A stretch of 64,000 nt of DNA from an uncultured euryarchaeote (GCA_964001175.1 CAXFAS010000007.1:9611-73610); one strand, 5' to 3'; positions 10,488-20,798 are shown, counted from the stretch's first letter. Notes: generated by a model not told the origin, from the letters alone. Numbers and translations are program-made.

Positions 10488-12533
10488 TTATCCAACAATT
10501 TTTATTGTTCTGCCACAACCTGTACATGCAATTCTTAGTGGCCTCTCATCACTTGTTACAACGTTTACAGTTTCACATGCAGGACAAGCGATGGTTGGTA
10601 GAGTAGTTTCTTTAAGTTGGGGCGTTTCTATTTCAGCAAACTTCCTCGGGCTTGCTATTGATGTCACAAGCCAAATTAATACAACTATTCCAGATCCTGC
10701 TCCAACAAACAACGGAGGGTAGGCGAAGTAGTATATGGCCATAACAAGAGGAATAAGAATTAATTCAAACATCAAAAATCTTCGATGCTTACTCTTTGTA
10801 ATACCGAGTGACATAAAGAAGCCCACTGAAAGTACAGCTCCAGCTATAGCAATCAAAGATACAGGGCCATAGAGAATATTTTTTGTTGGTTGTAAACTTA
10901 TGGTGAAATCCTCAGAAAGACTAATTTTTTCACCCTCGACAGTTATTTTCTCACCCCAAGGCATCCTTGAATGTCTAAATGAAAGATCATCAGATTCTAG
11001 TAACTCGGCGTCAGCAAATGAAGTTAGACCAGTAGATTTTGCCTCAATAAAAAGTGAATAATCTTGCCATAGAGGTGCTGATTGAGTTGATGTGAAGGTC
11101 CTCATTAAGTAAAACCGTTCATCTGAATCAACTGTTTGTAAAGATGAGAAAATAAGTTTTAGAGGATGATTTACCACCTTACTTTCACCCATTAAATCTA
11201 CAGAAATGGATATTGTATCGAAGTCACCTTGATTGCCAATTAACTCACCACTATCGATTTGCATTCCATTAATACCTGTCATATAGGTTCGAAATCGCTT
11301 AACCATTTCTCTTTGGAATTGTTCGATTTCTACTGATTCAATATTCCTACTGACTCGTTCTTCATCGCTTACTGAACCTGGGTTCCAGCCATATAACACA
11401 GATGTCGATGGGAGTGTGGTATCTCCGATATGGTCCATCCCCCACCGCATCCAAAATGCCATCTCACCATCAATTTCCATAGTAGTAGTTCGAGAAATTT
11501 TTAATTTACCTTTTGAGTCAGATAATTCTACAATTTGTTCTATTGAAAGAGGACTTCCTACACCACTGGTCCGTAATGGTTCATCTTGAGGATAGAAGGT
11601 TCCGGTTCCACCGCCACTGTCAAATGTCTCAATTTCAAAACTCGTCTGACCAAAGAGTGTTGGTCCTGAGGGTTGAATAGAAAGACTGACTGAAATTTGA
11701 ACTGTCTCTACCCCGCCTGATGCACCTTGCCATGTCCAAGTGACGATAATTGAATCACCATTTTTAGTCTCAACTGGGTTCCCTTCAACAACTACATTAT
11801 TTACTCGAAGTTCAATCGAATCTGAATATGCTAAAGCATCAAGTCCAAAAGGAGAATCGATTTTTACTGGTATGTAAATATCGGAGCCCTCAACAATAGG
11901 ATCTTCAATGATTAGATCAGCCAGAGGGATTTCTCCTGTTATTCTAGAATCATGCTCTTCTGAACCCCAAAATAATTCTAACTTTGCTCCACTTTCAGGG
12001 ACACTGAAAACTATATTTCTAGCCGTTAAAACTAATTCAACATCACTAGATGCTGACAAAGAGGTTGAATCTACGGGAATATCAAATGTGAGTTGACCTT
12101 CTCCTTGAGGAAGAACTGATGAACCGAAAGCAGTTGACGCAGAGAATGTAAGTGAACCAATATTGAGTGTGGCAGTAGCATTCACTTGGGCGCCGCCAGC
12201 ATCACTAACTTTGTAGTAAATAGTAAATGACCATGTGGACTCAGGAACCTGTCCTGGCCAAATTTGTCCCATATTCCAAGAACCTATTTCCTCTTGAGAT
12301 GTTATTGAATTAACGATTACAGCAGAGGAAGATTCTGTATCCAACTTCTGAGAAAAAGGTGACAAGTCACCGCTTGAACTCCCCAATAAAAATAAATCAA
12401 CGACTGAGGCGTTATCGCAACAGACTTGTACAGGCTCGGCTTCAACACTATCGAAAGCAGAAGAAAACGCGAAAATAGAGGAAATGAACAATACTGAAAG
12501 AATCAGTGTTGATGACCTATTATTGTCTACCAC
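10488..12533 (-). CDS. membrane protein: signal peptide, ~540 aa ectodomain, 3 TM helices and a C-terminal cytoplasmic CxxC...CxxC zinc ribbon
   Basis: GTG start. N-terminus STLILSVLFISSIFAFSSAFDSVEA. TM helices near aa 555-640. C-terminus CPACETVNVVTSDERPLRIACTGCGRTIKIVG. Confidence 0.75.
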   Translation of the reverse strand: MVDNNRSSTLILSVLFISSIFAFSSAFDSVEAEPVQVCCDNASVVDLFLLGSSSGDLSPFSQKLDTESSSAVIVNSITSQEEIGSWNMGQIWPGQVPESTWSFTIYYKVSDAGGAQVNATATLNIGSLTFSASTAFGSSVLPQGEGQLTFDIPVDSTSLSASSDVELVLTARNIVFSVPESGAKLELFWGSEEHDSRITGEIPLADLIIEDPIVEGSDIYIPVKIDSPFGLDALAYSDSIELRVNNVVVEGNPVETKNGDSIIVTWTWQGASGGVETVQISVSLSIQPSGPTLFGQTSFEIETFDSGGGTGTFYPQDEPLRTSGVGSPLSIEQIVELSDSKGKLKISRTTTMEIDGEMAFWMRWGMDHIGDTTLPSTSVLYGWNPGSVSDEERVSRNIESVEIEQFQREMVKRFRTYMTGINGMQIDSGELIGNQGDFDTISISVDLMGESKVVNHPLKLIFSSLQTVDSDERFYLMRTFTSTQSAPLWQDYSLFIEAKSTGLTSFADAELLESDDLSFRHSRMPWGEKITVEGEKISLSEDFTISLQPTKNILYGPVSLIAIAGAVLSVGFFMSLGITKSKHRRFLMFELILIPLVMAIYYFAYPPLFVGAGSGIVVLIWLVTSIASPRKFAEIETPQLKETTLPTIACPACETVNVVTSDERPLRIACTGCGRTIKIVG

Positions 12534-12620
12534 ATGCTAAACGGGACACTCATTCTTCATAATATACACTACTATATTTAATCAAAAAGCATCAAAAATT
12601 AACTAATTAGTGATAACCAA

Positions 12621-12971
12621 TCAAAGTGCCTTTTCTAGTAATGCTCCCAGTTCCTTTTCAAACAAGGAAACCAGTGCTTCTCCGACTTCACCTTGTAAGT
12701 CATCAGGGAGTAATCTTAATCCTAATCTTGTAGCAGCTCTAGTTGCTTTCAATTCAGCATATACTGTTCGAGCCTTTGTATGGAAATAATAAGCTACAGC
12801 CTCTTTTATTTCTTCCTTCAATTCGGGGTCTTGGTCGACCTTAGAACGTATGTGACTCTTCAATTCATCCTTGACAAGATCTCTAAAAGCATCAATTACT
12901 AAGTCTTCAGTAGACATCAATTCTTGAACTTGGTCACGGATACTTCCAGTCAACAGTCTCTCGATTGCCAT
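12621..12971 (-). CDS. small acidic all-helical hypothetical protein
   Basis: 116 aa ORF in the co-oriented run arcS-rps15-...; no recognisable motif. Confidence 0.55.
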   Translation of the reverse strand: MAIERLLTGSIRDQVQELMSTEDLVIDAFRDLVKDELKSHIRSKVDQDPELKEEIKEAVAYYFHTKARTVYAELKATRAATRLGLRLLPDDLQGEVGEALVSLFEKELGALLEKAL

Positions 12972-13011
12972 GACAAGCCGAGAAAGCGCTTAGGTTTGAA
13001 AGCATCGTATA

Positions 13012-13953
13012 CTAATCAACCAATTTTCCATTAGAAATTAGACTCTTGAGAATAGCCCCTGAATGTGACTTAGTTAAGTCTTCATCATTTGGCCAAACAA
13101 TCCTAGCTTCATTTATTTGACTGTAAATATCCATTTCTTGACCGCCAACAACTAATCGGTGCCAAAATAATTCTTCTAATCTTGGAGTAGATACAGATTT
13201 GTCTGTCAATGTAGGTAGAATTAATTCACCAATAGCTTGACTTCTAGAGTCATAGTCCATACTACCCCATCGTTTTTTCAATCGTCTTAACATAGTCTTG
13301 GAAAGATTGGGAATCATACCATCAGATGTAATACTGACTTCGGGTAAAGCAACTACTCTTACACTTCCCTCATCCCGAAGTACATCTCTAATCGATGAGT
13401 GAATGGGATCAAATGTATTGTCCAATGAATCTCTTAACCACTGTCCACCAACTGCAAAAGGTCTCAGTCTTCTAACTCTAGAACCATTTGGTGCAATCAT
13501 TGCAGCAATTGCAGAACACTGTGATACAACATCAAGAGCACCGTTACGTTTATTCTTATTTTTTCCTAATCTAATACTAACCGAAAGAGGAACTATCCTA
13601 ACGAAATCATCATTTTTAAGTTCAGTGAAATCCCAAGTATCTTCAAACGGTTCAATCATAATGGTAAGACCATCATTCTTTATCTCTAACTCTTCTTTTT
13701 CGCCATGCGGGATATGCTGCTTTGATTTAGTTAATCGTCGACTATACCTAATTCCTGAATCAATACATGATGCTTCAAGATTAGCAAGTGCCAAAACGCC
13801 TTCCAAATCAGATGGAGCTACAAGATAAACCATGCTTGCAGATGAAATTTTTTCACAAATCTGTTGAAGATGTACTCTTACATCTTCAAAAGGAGCAGTC
13901 GCAAGTAAATCATTCATTGGCTTCAATGAGACCACATGTGACTCATTATTCAA
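13012..13953 (-). CDS. hypothetical protein; possible catalytically degenerate DHH/RecJ(Cdc45)-like protein
   Basis: It sits immediately downstream of rps15, a neighbourhood I recall for archaeal RecJ/Cdc45 homologues. VYLVAPSDLEGVLALANLEA resembles DHH motifs I-II but with the acidic residues replaced. I saw no DHH triad. Low-confidence functional guess. Confidence 0.7.
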   Translation of the reverse strand: MNNESHVVSLKPMNDLLATAPFEDVRVHLQQICEKISSASMVYLVAPSDLEGVLALANLEASCIDSGIRYSRRLTKSKQHIPHGEKEELEIKNDGLTIMIEPFEDTWDFTELKNDDFVRIVPLSVSIRLGKNKNKRNGALDVVSQCSAIAAMIAPNGSRVRRLRPFAVGGQWLRDSLDNTFDPIHSSIRDVLRDEGSVRVVALPEVSITSDGMIPNLSKTMLRRLKKRWGSMDYDSRSQAIGELILPTLTDKSVSTPRLEELFWHRLVVGGQEMDIYSQINEARIVWPNDEDLTKSHSGAILKSLISNGKLVD

Positions 13954-13977
13954 TCTCTCCCAAAAAAGGAGAATAAA

Positions 13978-14436
13978 TCACTCGACCATCAAGCGTAGTT
14001 CATCACGCTTATATCGCCAATCAGAAGGCAACTTACCCTCCGAGATGTAATAATTTGATAATCTTCTTATTTTTGATTCAGTAATCTCTAGTGCTCTCTT
14101 ATTGTGAAGATCTTTATGATTTCCGCTTCCTAAGTGGTTAATTATACCGACTGCTTGTCTCATTAGATTCATCAAATCTTCAGGATAAGTTCCACCAATA
14201 TCATTTTCTGCCAAAACTGCCCCGATTCTTTTTCCAACAACTAATCTAGCATTAGGTACTGAATGTTGATCTCTTAGAATAATGCCAATTTCAGAGGTTG
14301 AATGACCGGCCTTTCCTAGTTCAACTATTAGAGAAGTAACCTCTTTCACATCTGTATTCGACCACTCTGGAGCCTCGGACACAAACGGTCTAGATGAACC
14401 ACTTTTTCCTCTTCTGGATTTGTACATACGAGCCAT
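13978..14436 (-). CDS. rps15: 30S ribosomal protein S15P (uS15/S13e)
   Basis: MARMYKSRRGKSGSSRP... and HDLHNKRALEITESKIRRLSNYY are typical of archaeal S15. The track ORF begins 3 codons earlier (14445). Confidence 0.9.
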   Translation of the reverse strand: MARMYKSRRGKSGSSRPFVSEAPEWSNTDVKEVTSLIVELGKAGHSTSEIGIILRDQHSVPNARLVVGKRIGAVLAENDIGGTYPEDLMNLMRQAVGIINHLGSGNHKDLHNKRALEITESKIRRLSNYYISEGKLPSDWRYKRDELRLMVE

Positions 14437-14522
14437 AATAACCACTCAAAGCAAGATGGCGACTTGTCCCCCCTTCTTAACCACTCCGCATGACTTGATG
14501 ATATCATTTAGCGGTGTTATTA

Positions 14523-16298
14523 CTACAACCTTTGATGAGTCTTGGCCAATCTACCACCTGTAATAGGCCATTCCCATGCCGGTGCAACTGCTCTAGCCAA
14601 TCCTACAGGCAAATCATCTTGGTAGACTAAAATATCATTTCCAGCCTTGATGTCTGAATCAAATGATTCAATATTTGAATAGAAAATATCGCCTTTGAGT
14701 TTAGGTCCAGTCTTGATGCAGACCTTAGATAAGGTATTATTTTGATGAAGAATTTCGATAGCCGATTTGGAAAAGGAAAATCCTCTTCTATCGATTGACC
14801 AAATGGCAACCTGAACATTATCTTTTTCCAATCTCCAAAACGGTGGTTTGCCTCGAATTGAAACTCCTTCCAACCATTTATCATTGTTTAATTGCTTTCT
14901 AGAAACACTTGCGAATGTATCCATTAGTAGATGGTTGTTCCTTCTTTTATTAACATTAAAACGTTGAATAGCTTCTTTAACCGATTCAGATAAATTATCT
15001 AATGCCTCGCCACTACCAGGAGAAAGTCCATTTCTTGTTTCAATTAACTCGACATCACCTGTTTTTAATTCCATGCTAGAATGATTTATGACCAAATTAT
15101 AACCATGTCTAGAAAGTAGTGAATCGAGCATTGTTTGCGTTCTAATTAGTTCATCATGACTCCAATCTCCTGTCACTGGAATATCATAATGAGAAGCCGG
15201 CCAAATTTCTTCTAAATCTCTTGGCACTAAGCCTAATGGAGAGGTAACCATTACTTCATGGCAGGAATTAGAATTTATTGCTCTAATGAATCTCCCATGA
15301 GATTTTGATAGTCGGTATGGTTTGCGTGCAGAACATGGAAGTAGAATTAACACATTGTCTAAACCATTTGGAGCTTTATATCGATTAGAAATAAAATCAC
15401 ACCACTCCTTTACAACTGGGTCATTGAGAGTATTTGGGCTACTACAATCTAGGATCTTCTCATTATCAACGTGACTAGATAACAGTCCTGGTTGCTCCGA
15501 GCAAATTTTGTCATGCGAGCGTAGATGCTCAACTAAATTCGGACTGTTCAAAGACTGTTTGTCAACCAAAGAACGAAGTGTGCCATTTTTGAGATTAGAC
15601 TTTATTGATGCAATTGATTGTTTCCAATGTTGTATTTGCACCTCCATAGTGGCTGCTTCACTCATTGAATCATCCGGCATCCTAGGACCATTTTCTGATA
15701 AAATTACTCCTGCTGAATTACACATTCTCGAACGTGATAAATCAAAAATATCAACACCAAACCAATTTAGAACCGCTGCATTATCTGGCCCTCCGATTCC
15801 TGGAGTCCAAAGCAATGAGCCTGGAAATTTATTCTTTAGTACATGAATTGCCTTGACTAGTTTACCTGGTTGAGCGGCTAATTGAACAGAGTCAACAAGC
15901 ACAATAATCGATGGATTCAAACTTGAATCTAGAAGATCCCTATCATGAGATAATCTTTGCCACGAGACGGGTAGCAATTGACCAGAACCAGCAGGTTCAC
16001 CAGCATTTGCTTCATCTAGAGATGGAGGTAAAACATGGCCAATGAATGACTCATAATTGGGCCCTTTATGACTGAAATCCGGAGGCGATAATGGAACTTT
16101 TGAACTAACCGATAATGTAGATGGGATATTGGAGTCGGTCTTAGAACTAAATGGGGAAAGAAACTCTTCCATCTCTGGGTCACCAGTTAACTGCATCAAA
16201 ATTGGAGTCTTACAAATAGGATTCTTTCGATCTCCTAGACTCCATGAACGCGCATATCGATCTCGGGTAAAAATAACCCTTCCCAATTCCTGCGCCAT
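14523..16298 (-). CDS. arcS: archaeosine synthase ArcS / TgtA2-type tRNA-guanine transglycosylase paralogue with C-terminal PUA domain
   Basis: 591 aa. TGT-like N-terminal half, a LLPCSARKPYRLSKSHGRF motif (DUF5591-type CSxxKPY) and a C-terminal PUA-like segment (GNDILVYQDDLPVGLARAV). Confidence 0.7.
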   Translation of the reverse strand: MAQELGRVIFTRDRYARSWSLGDRKNPICKTPILMQLTGDPEMEEFLSPFSSKTDSNIPSTLSVSSKVPLSPPDFSHKGPNYESFIGHVLPPSLDEANAGEPAGSGQLLPVSWQRLSHDRDLLDSSLNPSIIVLVDSVQLAAQPGKLVKAIHVLKNKFPGSLLWTPGIGGPDNAAVLNWFGVDIFDLSRSRMCNSAGVILSENGPRMPDDSMSEAATMEVQIQHWKQSIASIKSNLKNGTLRSLVDKQSLNSPNLVEHLRSHDKICSEQPGLLSSHVDNEKILDCSSPNTLNDPVVKEWCDFISNRYKAPNGLDNVLILLPCSARKPYRLSKSHGRFIRAINSNSCHEVMVTSPLGLVPRDLEEIWPASHYDIPVTGDWSHDELIRTQTMLDSLLSRHGYNLVINHSSMELKTGDVELIETRNGLSPGSGEALDNLSESVKEAIQRFNVNKRRNNHLLMDTFASVSRKQLNNDKWLEGVSIRGKPPFWRLEKDNVQVAIWSIDRRGFSFSKSAIEILHQNNTLSKVCIKTGPKLKGDIFYSNIESFDSDIKAGNDILVYQDDLPVGLARAVAPAWEWPITGGRLAKTHQRL

Positions 16299-16396
16299 GA
16301 TTAATCCTACAGAATCATATTATTGAAGAGTTTGAAGATTACAGGGCCTAAGTTCAAACATTACTTACATTTGGATTGTATGGGAGGAGTAATTAG

Positions 16397-18607
16397 ATGA
16401 GTAAGAAATTTCAATTTTTATCTCTACTTATCGTTACTTCTGTACTTGTGTCTTACTTACCACTTACAAGTGCCAATGATAGCGTTGAATTAATTTACAC
16501 CGACGGCCGAATCAGCGGGATCTATATTGAAGAAGACCAAACATTCACTGAATCCTGGTCAATCAAAAAGGATGAATGGTATAGCGTAATAATGGATTGT
16601 CAATCATGTGTTGGAACCATCTCACTCGACGGAACAATTATCGATACTTCCAGTAGTGATTTAACCGGGCAATCTACAGATGATGGTACTATTCAGTTGA
16701 CTATCGAATCATCACTAAATGAACAAATAGGATTATCAATAATTCATAATGTAACTGATGAATATTATTCATTACGTCCATCGCCCAACCAACAAGTTAG
16801 TTTCGTAGATAGTAAAGTATGTACAGAACTTGATTATTGTCAAAATTACTCTAGAGGAAATATAAATTCAATTCCCAATGGCGAATTATCAAGTCCTTCC
16901 TTTATTAGAGGAATTATTGATAGTGGACAAAACGAATTCTTTGCGATCAATGTCTCTGAAGGAGACACGCTAGAGCTCTCTCTGTCGCATTATTCTTCCA
17001 ACATACGAGTCGAGGTTTTTTTCCAAAACTTGTCATCTGAAGTATTGCTCGATGGAAATTTATCGCAAAGCAATAAGATGGCGGCTAATCAACAAACACA
17101 ACCCAAGTTTTGGTATTTTGAGGATGATGGAAGAGCAGTGGTCAAAGTACAATCTTCAACCTTAAACACTGTTTGGTCTCTGCAAAGTACTGTTTTCAAA
17201 TCTCACGACATTACAACTATTTCTGAATTAAATTCCGTTGACATTTACGGACATCATGAAAAAATCATAATTATTGAAGCTGAAACTGCTGAAAGAATAA
17301 ACTTATTTTCGCCGTTGGAAAACATTACAATTGATTGTTTTCAATTAATTGATGGTAATTGGTCATTATCCGATAATATAGATTTACAAAGTAATGCTAA
17401 ATCAAAAATTTATGTTTATCCAAATGTCGAAATTATAAGATTAAAAATAACTGGTATTGCTTTCTTTATTGAGGTTTCTTCAGAAGATTATTCAGATACA
17501 GAACAGGGAATTGAAGCACCTTCTTTAACCCCGATTTTCAAAGCAACAGACAATTCAAGTTGGCCTACTATTAATATTGGTGAAAATTCGATAAGTGGAC
17601 AGTTCACTTTACCTATTTTCGATTATTCAGATGTATATAAATTTGAAATTACTGCATGGGAAGACTCAATTCATTTTGTCAAATTTACAGTTGAAGGAGA
17701 TATTGCTGACTGTGAAGTTGAACTAATCGAGAAGAATCAAGAAACATGGGAAAATAAAGAAACCAAAGTAAGAACCTTGTCATCTGGAAAAATTGAAGTT
17801 GCTTTAGAGGTAGAAAGAGGAACTCACTTTTTGAGAATTAGTATAATCAATTCGTCTACATTCAATCATTCTTGGGGTGAAGAAATTGATTCAAAAAACT
17901 ATACTATTTCAACCTACTATGAACTAGTAGACGAAGGCGAAGAGCCTTGGTTCCCACCAGATGATAATGCCAAGAAATGGGGGGAATTAGCTCGCTGGTT
18001 TATGGGTCTACTATTCTTAGTTCCGGCATTAATTGTATTTGTGATGTACAGGAAAAATTCACAATTTGCCGCATCATTACTTGAGAAAAAAATGCGACTA
18101 AATTGGCTTAAATCAAGACTCGATTCTGGCACTACAACCCCGAAAGAAGGTAGGAGATTCTTAAGGAAAGCGCTCAATTCTTTATCAACTTTGGAGTGGG
18201 AGGAAGCATGCCAAATATGGGGAGAATATGACATTCAATACCGTACTGAAGGGGTTGCATTAGTTGCATGGAAACTAGATGAAAGAATTAGTGAAAAGAC
18301 TGGTTCATGGCCAATAATTATCGGGATAAATATTCTACAAGGAAACTGGGAATTAGCGGCATTAAGATTGGATTCACCAGAAGGTGAAGCATGGAATATC
18401 ACAAACGTTCACCCCAAATTCTTAGCAAATGGTGAGGAAATATTCTTGGATTCGATGGTTGAAGGAAATATGACTTTTCTCACTATTGAATTAGAAGGAA
18501 ATTCAAAATCTGTAGATATTGAAATTAATGGACGGGTAGACGGAAAACCATATGCCGCAAGAATCCCTTCTACATTATGGAGACAAGAAATAGATTCAGA
18601 AGAATGA
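16397..18607 (+). CDS. type I membrane protein: signal peptide, ectodomain with PPC-like (pre-peptidase C-terminal) modules, one TM and a ~190 aa cytoplasmic domain
   Basis: MSKKFQFLSLLIVTSVLVSYLPLTSA signal peptide. FFAINVSEGDTLELSLSHYSSNIRVEVFF and DVYKFEITAWEDSIHFVKFTV resemble PPC modules. TM segment WFMGLLFLVPALIVFVMY. Confidence 0.75.
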   Translation: MSKKFQFLSLLIVTSVLVSYLPLTSANDSVELIYTDGRISGIYIEEDQTFTESWSIKKDEWYSVIMDCQSCVGTISLDGTIIDTSSSDLTGQSTDDGTIQLTIESSLNEQIGLSIIHNVTDEYYSLRPSPNQQVSFVDSKVCTELDYCQNYSRGNINSIPNGELSSPSFIRGIIDSGQNEFFAINVSEGDTLELSLSHYSSNIRVEVFFQNLSSEVLLDGNLSQSNKMAANQQTQPKFWYFEDDGRAVVKVQSSTLNTVWSLQSTVFKSHDITTISELNSVDIYGHHEKIIIIEAETAERINLFSPLENITIDCFQLIDGNWSLSDNIDLQSNAKSKIYVYPNVEIIRLKITGIAFFIEVSSEDYSDTEQGIEAPSLTPIFKATDNSSWPTINIGENSISGQFTLPIFDYSDVYKFEITAWEDSIHFVKFTVEGDIADCEVELIEKNQETWENKETKVRTLSSGKIEVALEVERGTHFLRISIINSSTFNHSWGEEIDSKNYTISTYYELVDEGEEPWFPPDDNAKKWGELARWFMGLLFLVPALIVFVMYRKNSQFAASLLEKKMRLNWLKSRLDSGTTTPKEGRRFLRKALNSLSTLEWEEACQIWGEYDIQYRTEGVALVAWKLDERISEKTGSWPIIIGINILQGNWELAALRLDSPEGEAWNITNVHPKFLANGEEIFLDSMVEGNMTFLTIELEGNSKSVDIEINGRVDGKPYAARIPSTLWRQEIDSEE

Positions 18608-19738
18608 CTAATCTCTTCTGTCTTTTGCATCCTCTTTGACACTAGAAGTTACGTCATCTGGTGATACTTTATCGCGTATTTCATCGAGCTTCTTTTTGAC
18701 ATCTTTACTGACTTTCCTAGGCATATATAACTTAACCAAAACAACAACATCCCCTCTTCCAGAACCTCGTGTCCTAGGCAAGCCACGCTTCCTGATCTCT
18801 ATTGTATCCCCAGAATTGGTCATTGCTGGAATTTTTATCACCAACTCCTGGCCATCTATGTGCGGTAATGTTACTTTTGTACCAAGAATCAAGTCCGAGT
18901 AACCGAGTGGTAGTGACATGATTAAATCAGCATTAGAACGCTCAAACCAAGGGTGCTGCTCGATTTCTAATTCAATAAATAAATCACCATTTTGACCATT
19001 AGCCTGTGAAGATGGTTCACCCTTTCCACGCATACGTAACCTAGTTCCATTTTCAGCACCAAGAGGTACATTAAATCTCAACTTAGTCTCTTCCTGTATT
19101 GTGCCAATACCCTTACAAGTCTTACATTTGGATTTGATTATTTTACCACTGCCATTACATGACGAACAATCTCGAACTACATCTTGGACAAAAGGGCCAA
19201 TTTGTTGCCTGGCTCTAATTCTCCCTTGACCGCCACAATCGCTACAAGTTTGAGTTTCGCCGTTTTCACCACCTGTACCATTACAATCGGAGCAACTAAC
19301 CGGTAGTTCAATTTCCATTTCTTCAGACGAACCATTCAAAATAGATTCTAAATTAATACTATGTCTAATTAGAATATCATTGCCCCGACTTCTAGATTGA
19401 CGCCTTGAACCTCCACCAAAGAAGCTTGAGAAAAAGTCTCCTCCAAGTATGTCTTCAAGATTTATGTTAAATCCACCTCCTCCAAAGCCTCCAAATGGAG
19501 ATCCTGAAGGACCATTATGTCCAAATCGATCATACATCTGACGCTTTTCACTATCGGATAAAACAGCGTATGCTTCTTGAATTTCTTTAAATTTATTTTC
19601 AGCATCTTCCTCTGAACTTCTATCGGGATGATATTTTCTTGCTAAACTTCGAAATGCGTTTTTCAAATCTTTTTCGGTAGCATCTTTTGAGACTCCTAAT
19701 ACTTCATAGTAGTCTCGCTTGTCCGACATAATATCCAC
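18608..19738 (-). CDS. dnaJ: molecular chaperone DnaJ (type I: J domain, G/F region, four CxxCxGxG zinc-finger repeats)
   Basis: DYYEVLGV...KYHPDR (HPD motif), a GGFGGGGF region, then CSDCNGTG / CSDCGGQG / CSSCNGSG / CKTCKGIG. Confidence 0.9.
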   Translation of the reverse strand: MDIMSDKRDYYEVLGVSKDATEKDLKNAFRSLARKYHPDRSSEEDAENKFKEIQEAYAVLSDSEKRQMYDRFGHNGPSGSPFGGFGGGGFNINLEDILGGDFFSSFFGGGSRRQSRSRGNDILIRHSINLESILNGSSEEMEIELPVSCSDCNGTGGENGETQTCSDCGGQGRIRARQQIGPFVQDVVRDCSSCNGSGKIIKSKCKTCKGIGTIQEETKLRFNVPLGAENGTRLRMRGKGEPSSQANGQNGDLFIELEIEQHPWFERSNADLIMSLPLGYSDLILGTKVTLPHIDGQELVIKIPAMTNSGDTIEIRKRGLPRTRGSGRGDVVVLVKLYMPRKVSKDVKKKLDEIRDKVSPDDVTSSVKEDAKDRRD

Positions 19739-19796
19739 CGAGTAAAACGACGGGGGACCTAATGCCCTTTGAATATCACTGATTTAATCGGGTATT

Positions 19797-20798
19797 TTAG
19801 GGTAAAATATCAAGTCCACAGTTTAAGCAAAAGCGCTCATTTTCTGGTGTCACATAACCACAACCTCGACAGGTTTTCTGCCCTTTATTAGTTATATTGG
19901 GTATTACGGAATCAACTTGTCCAGGAATCATTGCCATAGATTCAATACTTTCTGTATTACTCGCTTCCATACCACTGTCCCAAGAATATGCATCTTGGTT
20001 TTGAGGGTAGCTGACTGGTGTTTGTTGCTCAAAATCTGCGGATTGACCTTCATTGCCATTGGAAACTAAGAAATCTTCCTGCTCGCCTTGGTCGGTCATC
20101 GAAGTTGCCTTCAAAGTTGAATCTACCTCTCTCCTAGTTGTTTGAAGAGGAGTATTCGGTCGTGAAACAGAAACAGGCGCAGCCTTTGATGCAGCTTTTA
20201 GAGCACTCATTCTATTTTCCTCTCGAACTAATCCTGAGTCTTTACGGCCAAACAAACTCGCTATACTGTCAAGAAATTTATCCATGGGACTAGATTTCCT
20301 TGTAGCTCCAATGGTTGATTTGATCTCGATTTCTTCATAATTCGACTCTCCAGTAACTCTCCTTGTAGCCTCGACAATGCGACTTGATTCGTTCAAAAAT
20401 TGTACTTCGACTTTTTGCTCGTTATCTATCTCCATCTCTGGAGATTCTTGATTTATATCTCCAATTTTTTGTTGCAATTTGGCTTTACCAACATCAGAAA
20501 ATTCTGAATCAATAGAAGCATTAGACTGCCAAACACCTGCTTCTTCGGCATCGTATACTTTCTTCATTTTTTTCATTACATTAGAACGCCTATATTCATA
20601 GTCTTTGACGATGAATGTTTTCCTATAAATTATAATCCCAATTAAGATACCAAATCCATACCATGGTATGAGAAATAATGGTTCAATGCTAAAAATTTCT
20701 CTTAGCGGAGTTACAAAAACATGAATGAAAATCATAATTAGAAGGGGTAATAATGCCACACTCCGAGAACTGAGAGAATCACTAGCCATCTTATTCAA
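19797..20798 (-). CDS. membrane protein with 2 N-terminal TM helices, a long polar region and a C-terminal zinc ribbon
   Basis: VALLPLLIMIFIHVFV and FLIPWYGFGILIGIIIY TM helices. C-terminus CRGCGYVTPENERFCLNCGLDI (zinc_ribbon_2-type). Confidence 0.7.
   Translation of the reverse strand: MNKMASDSLSSRSVALLPLLIMIFIHVFVTPLREIFSIEPLFLIPWYGFGILIGIIIYRKTFIVKDYEYRRSNVMKKMKKVYDAEEAGVWQSNASIDSEFSDVGKAKLQQKIGDINQESPEMEIDNEQKVEVQFLNESSRIVEATRRVTGESNYEEIEIKSTIGATRKSSPMDKFLDSIASLFGRKDSGLVREENRMSALKAASKAAPVSVSRPNTPLQTTRREVDSTLKATSMTDQGEQEDFLVSNGNEGQSADFEQQTPVSYPQNQDAYSWDSGMEASNTESIESMAMIPGQVDSVIPNITNKGQKTCRGCGYVTPENERFCLNCGLDILP

Noticed and set aside
12534-12620. Intergenic spacers checked by eye for tRNA or other structured RNA genes: 12534-12620, 14446-14522, 16299-16396, 19739-19796, 23499-23576, 36495-36677, 37494-37560, 48279-48428, 59276-59389 and 60653-60723.
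   Set aside because: I could find no cloverleaf-compatible acceptor/T-arm pairing or conserved GTTCRANYC-like T-loop. All spacers are short and AT-rich, consistent with promoters. A tRNAscan or Infernal run would be needed for certainty.
18608-19738. dnaJ without adjacent grpE or dnaK.
   Set aside because: This is noteworthy because archaeal Hsp70 systems are often encoded as grpE-dnaK-dnaJ clusters. However, the partners may simply lie outside the window, so the finding cannot be supported from 64 kb.
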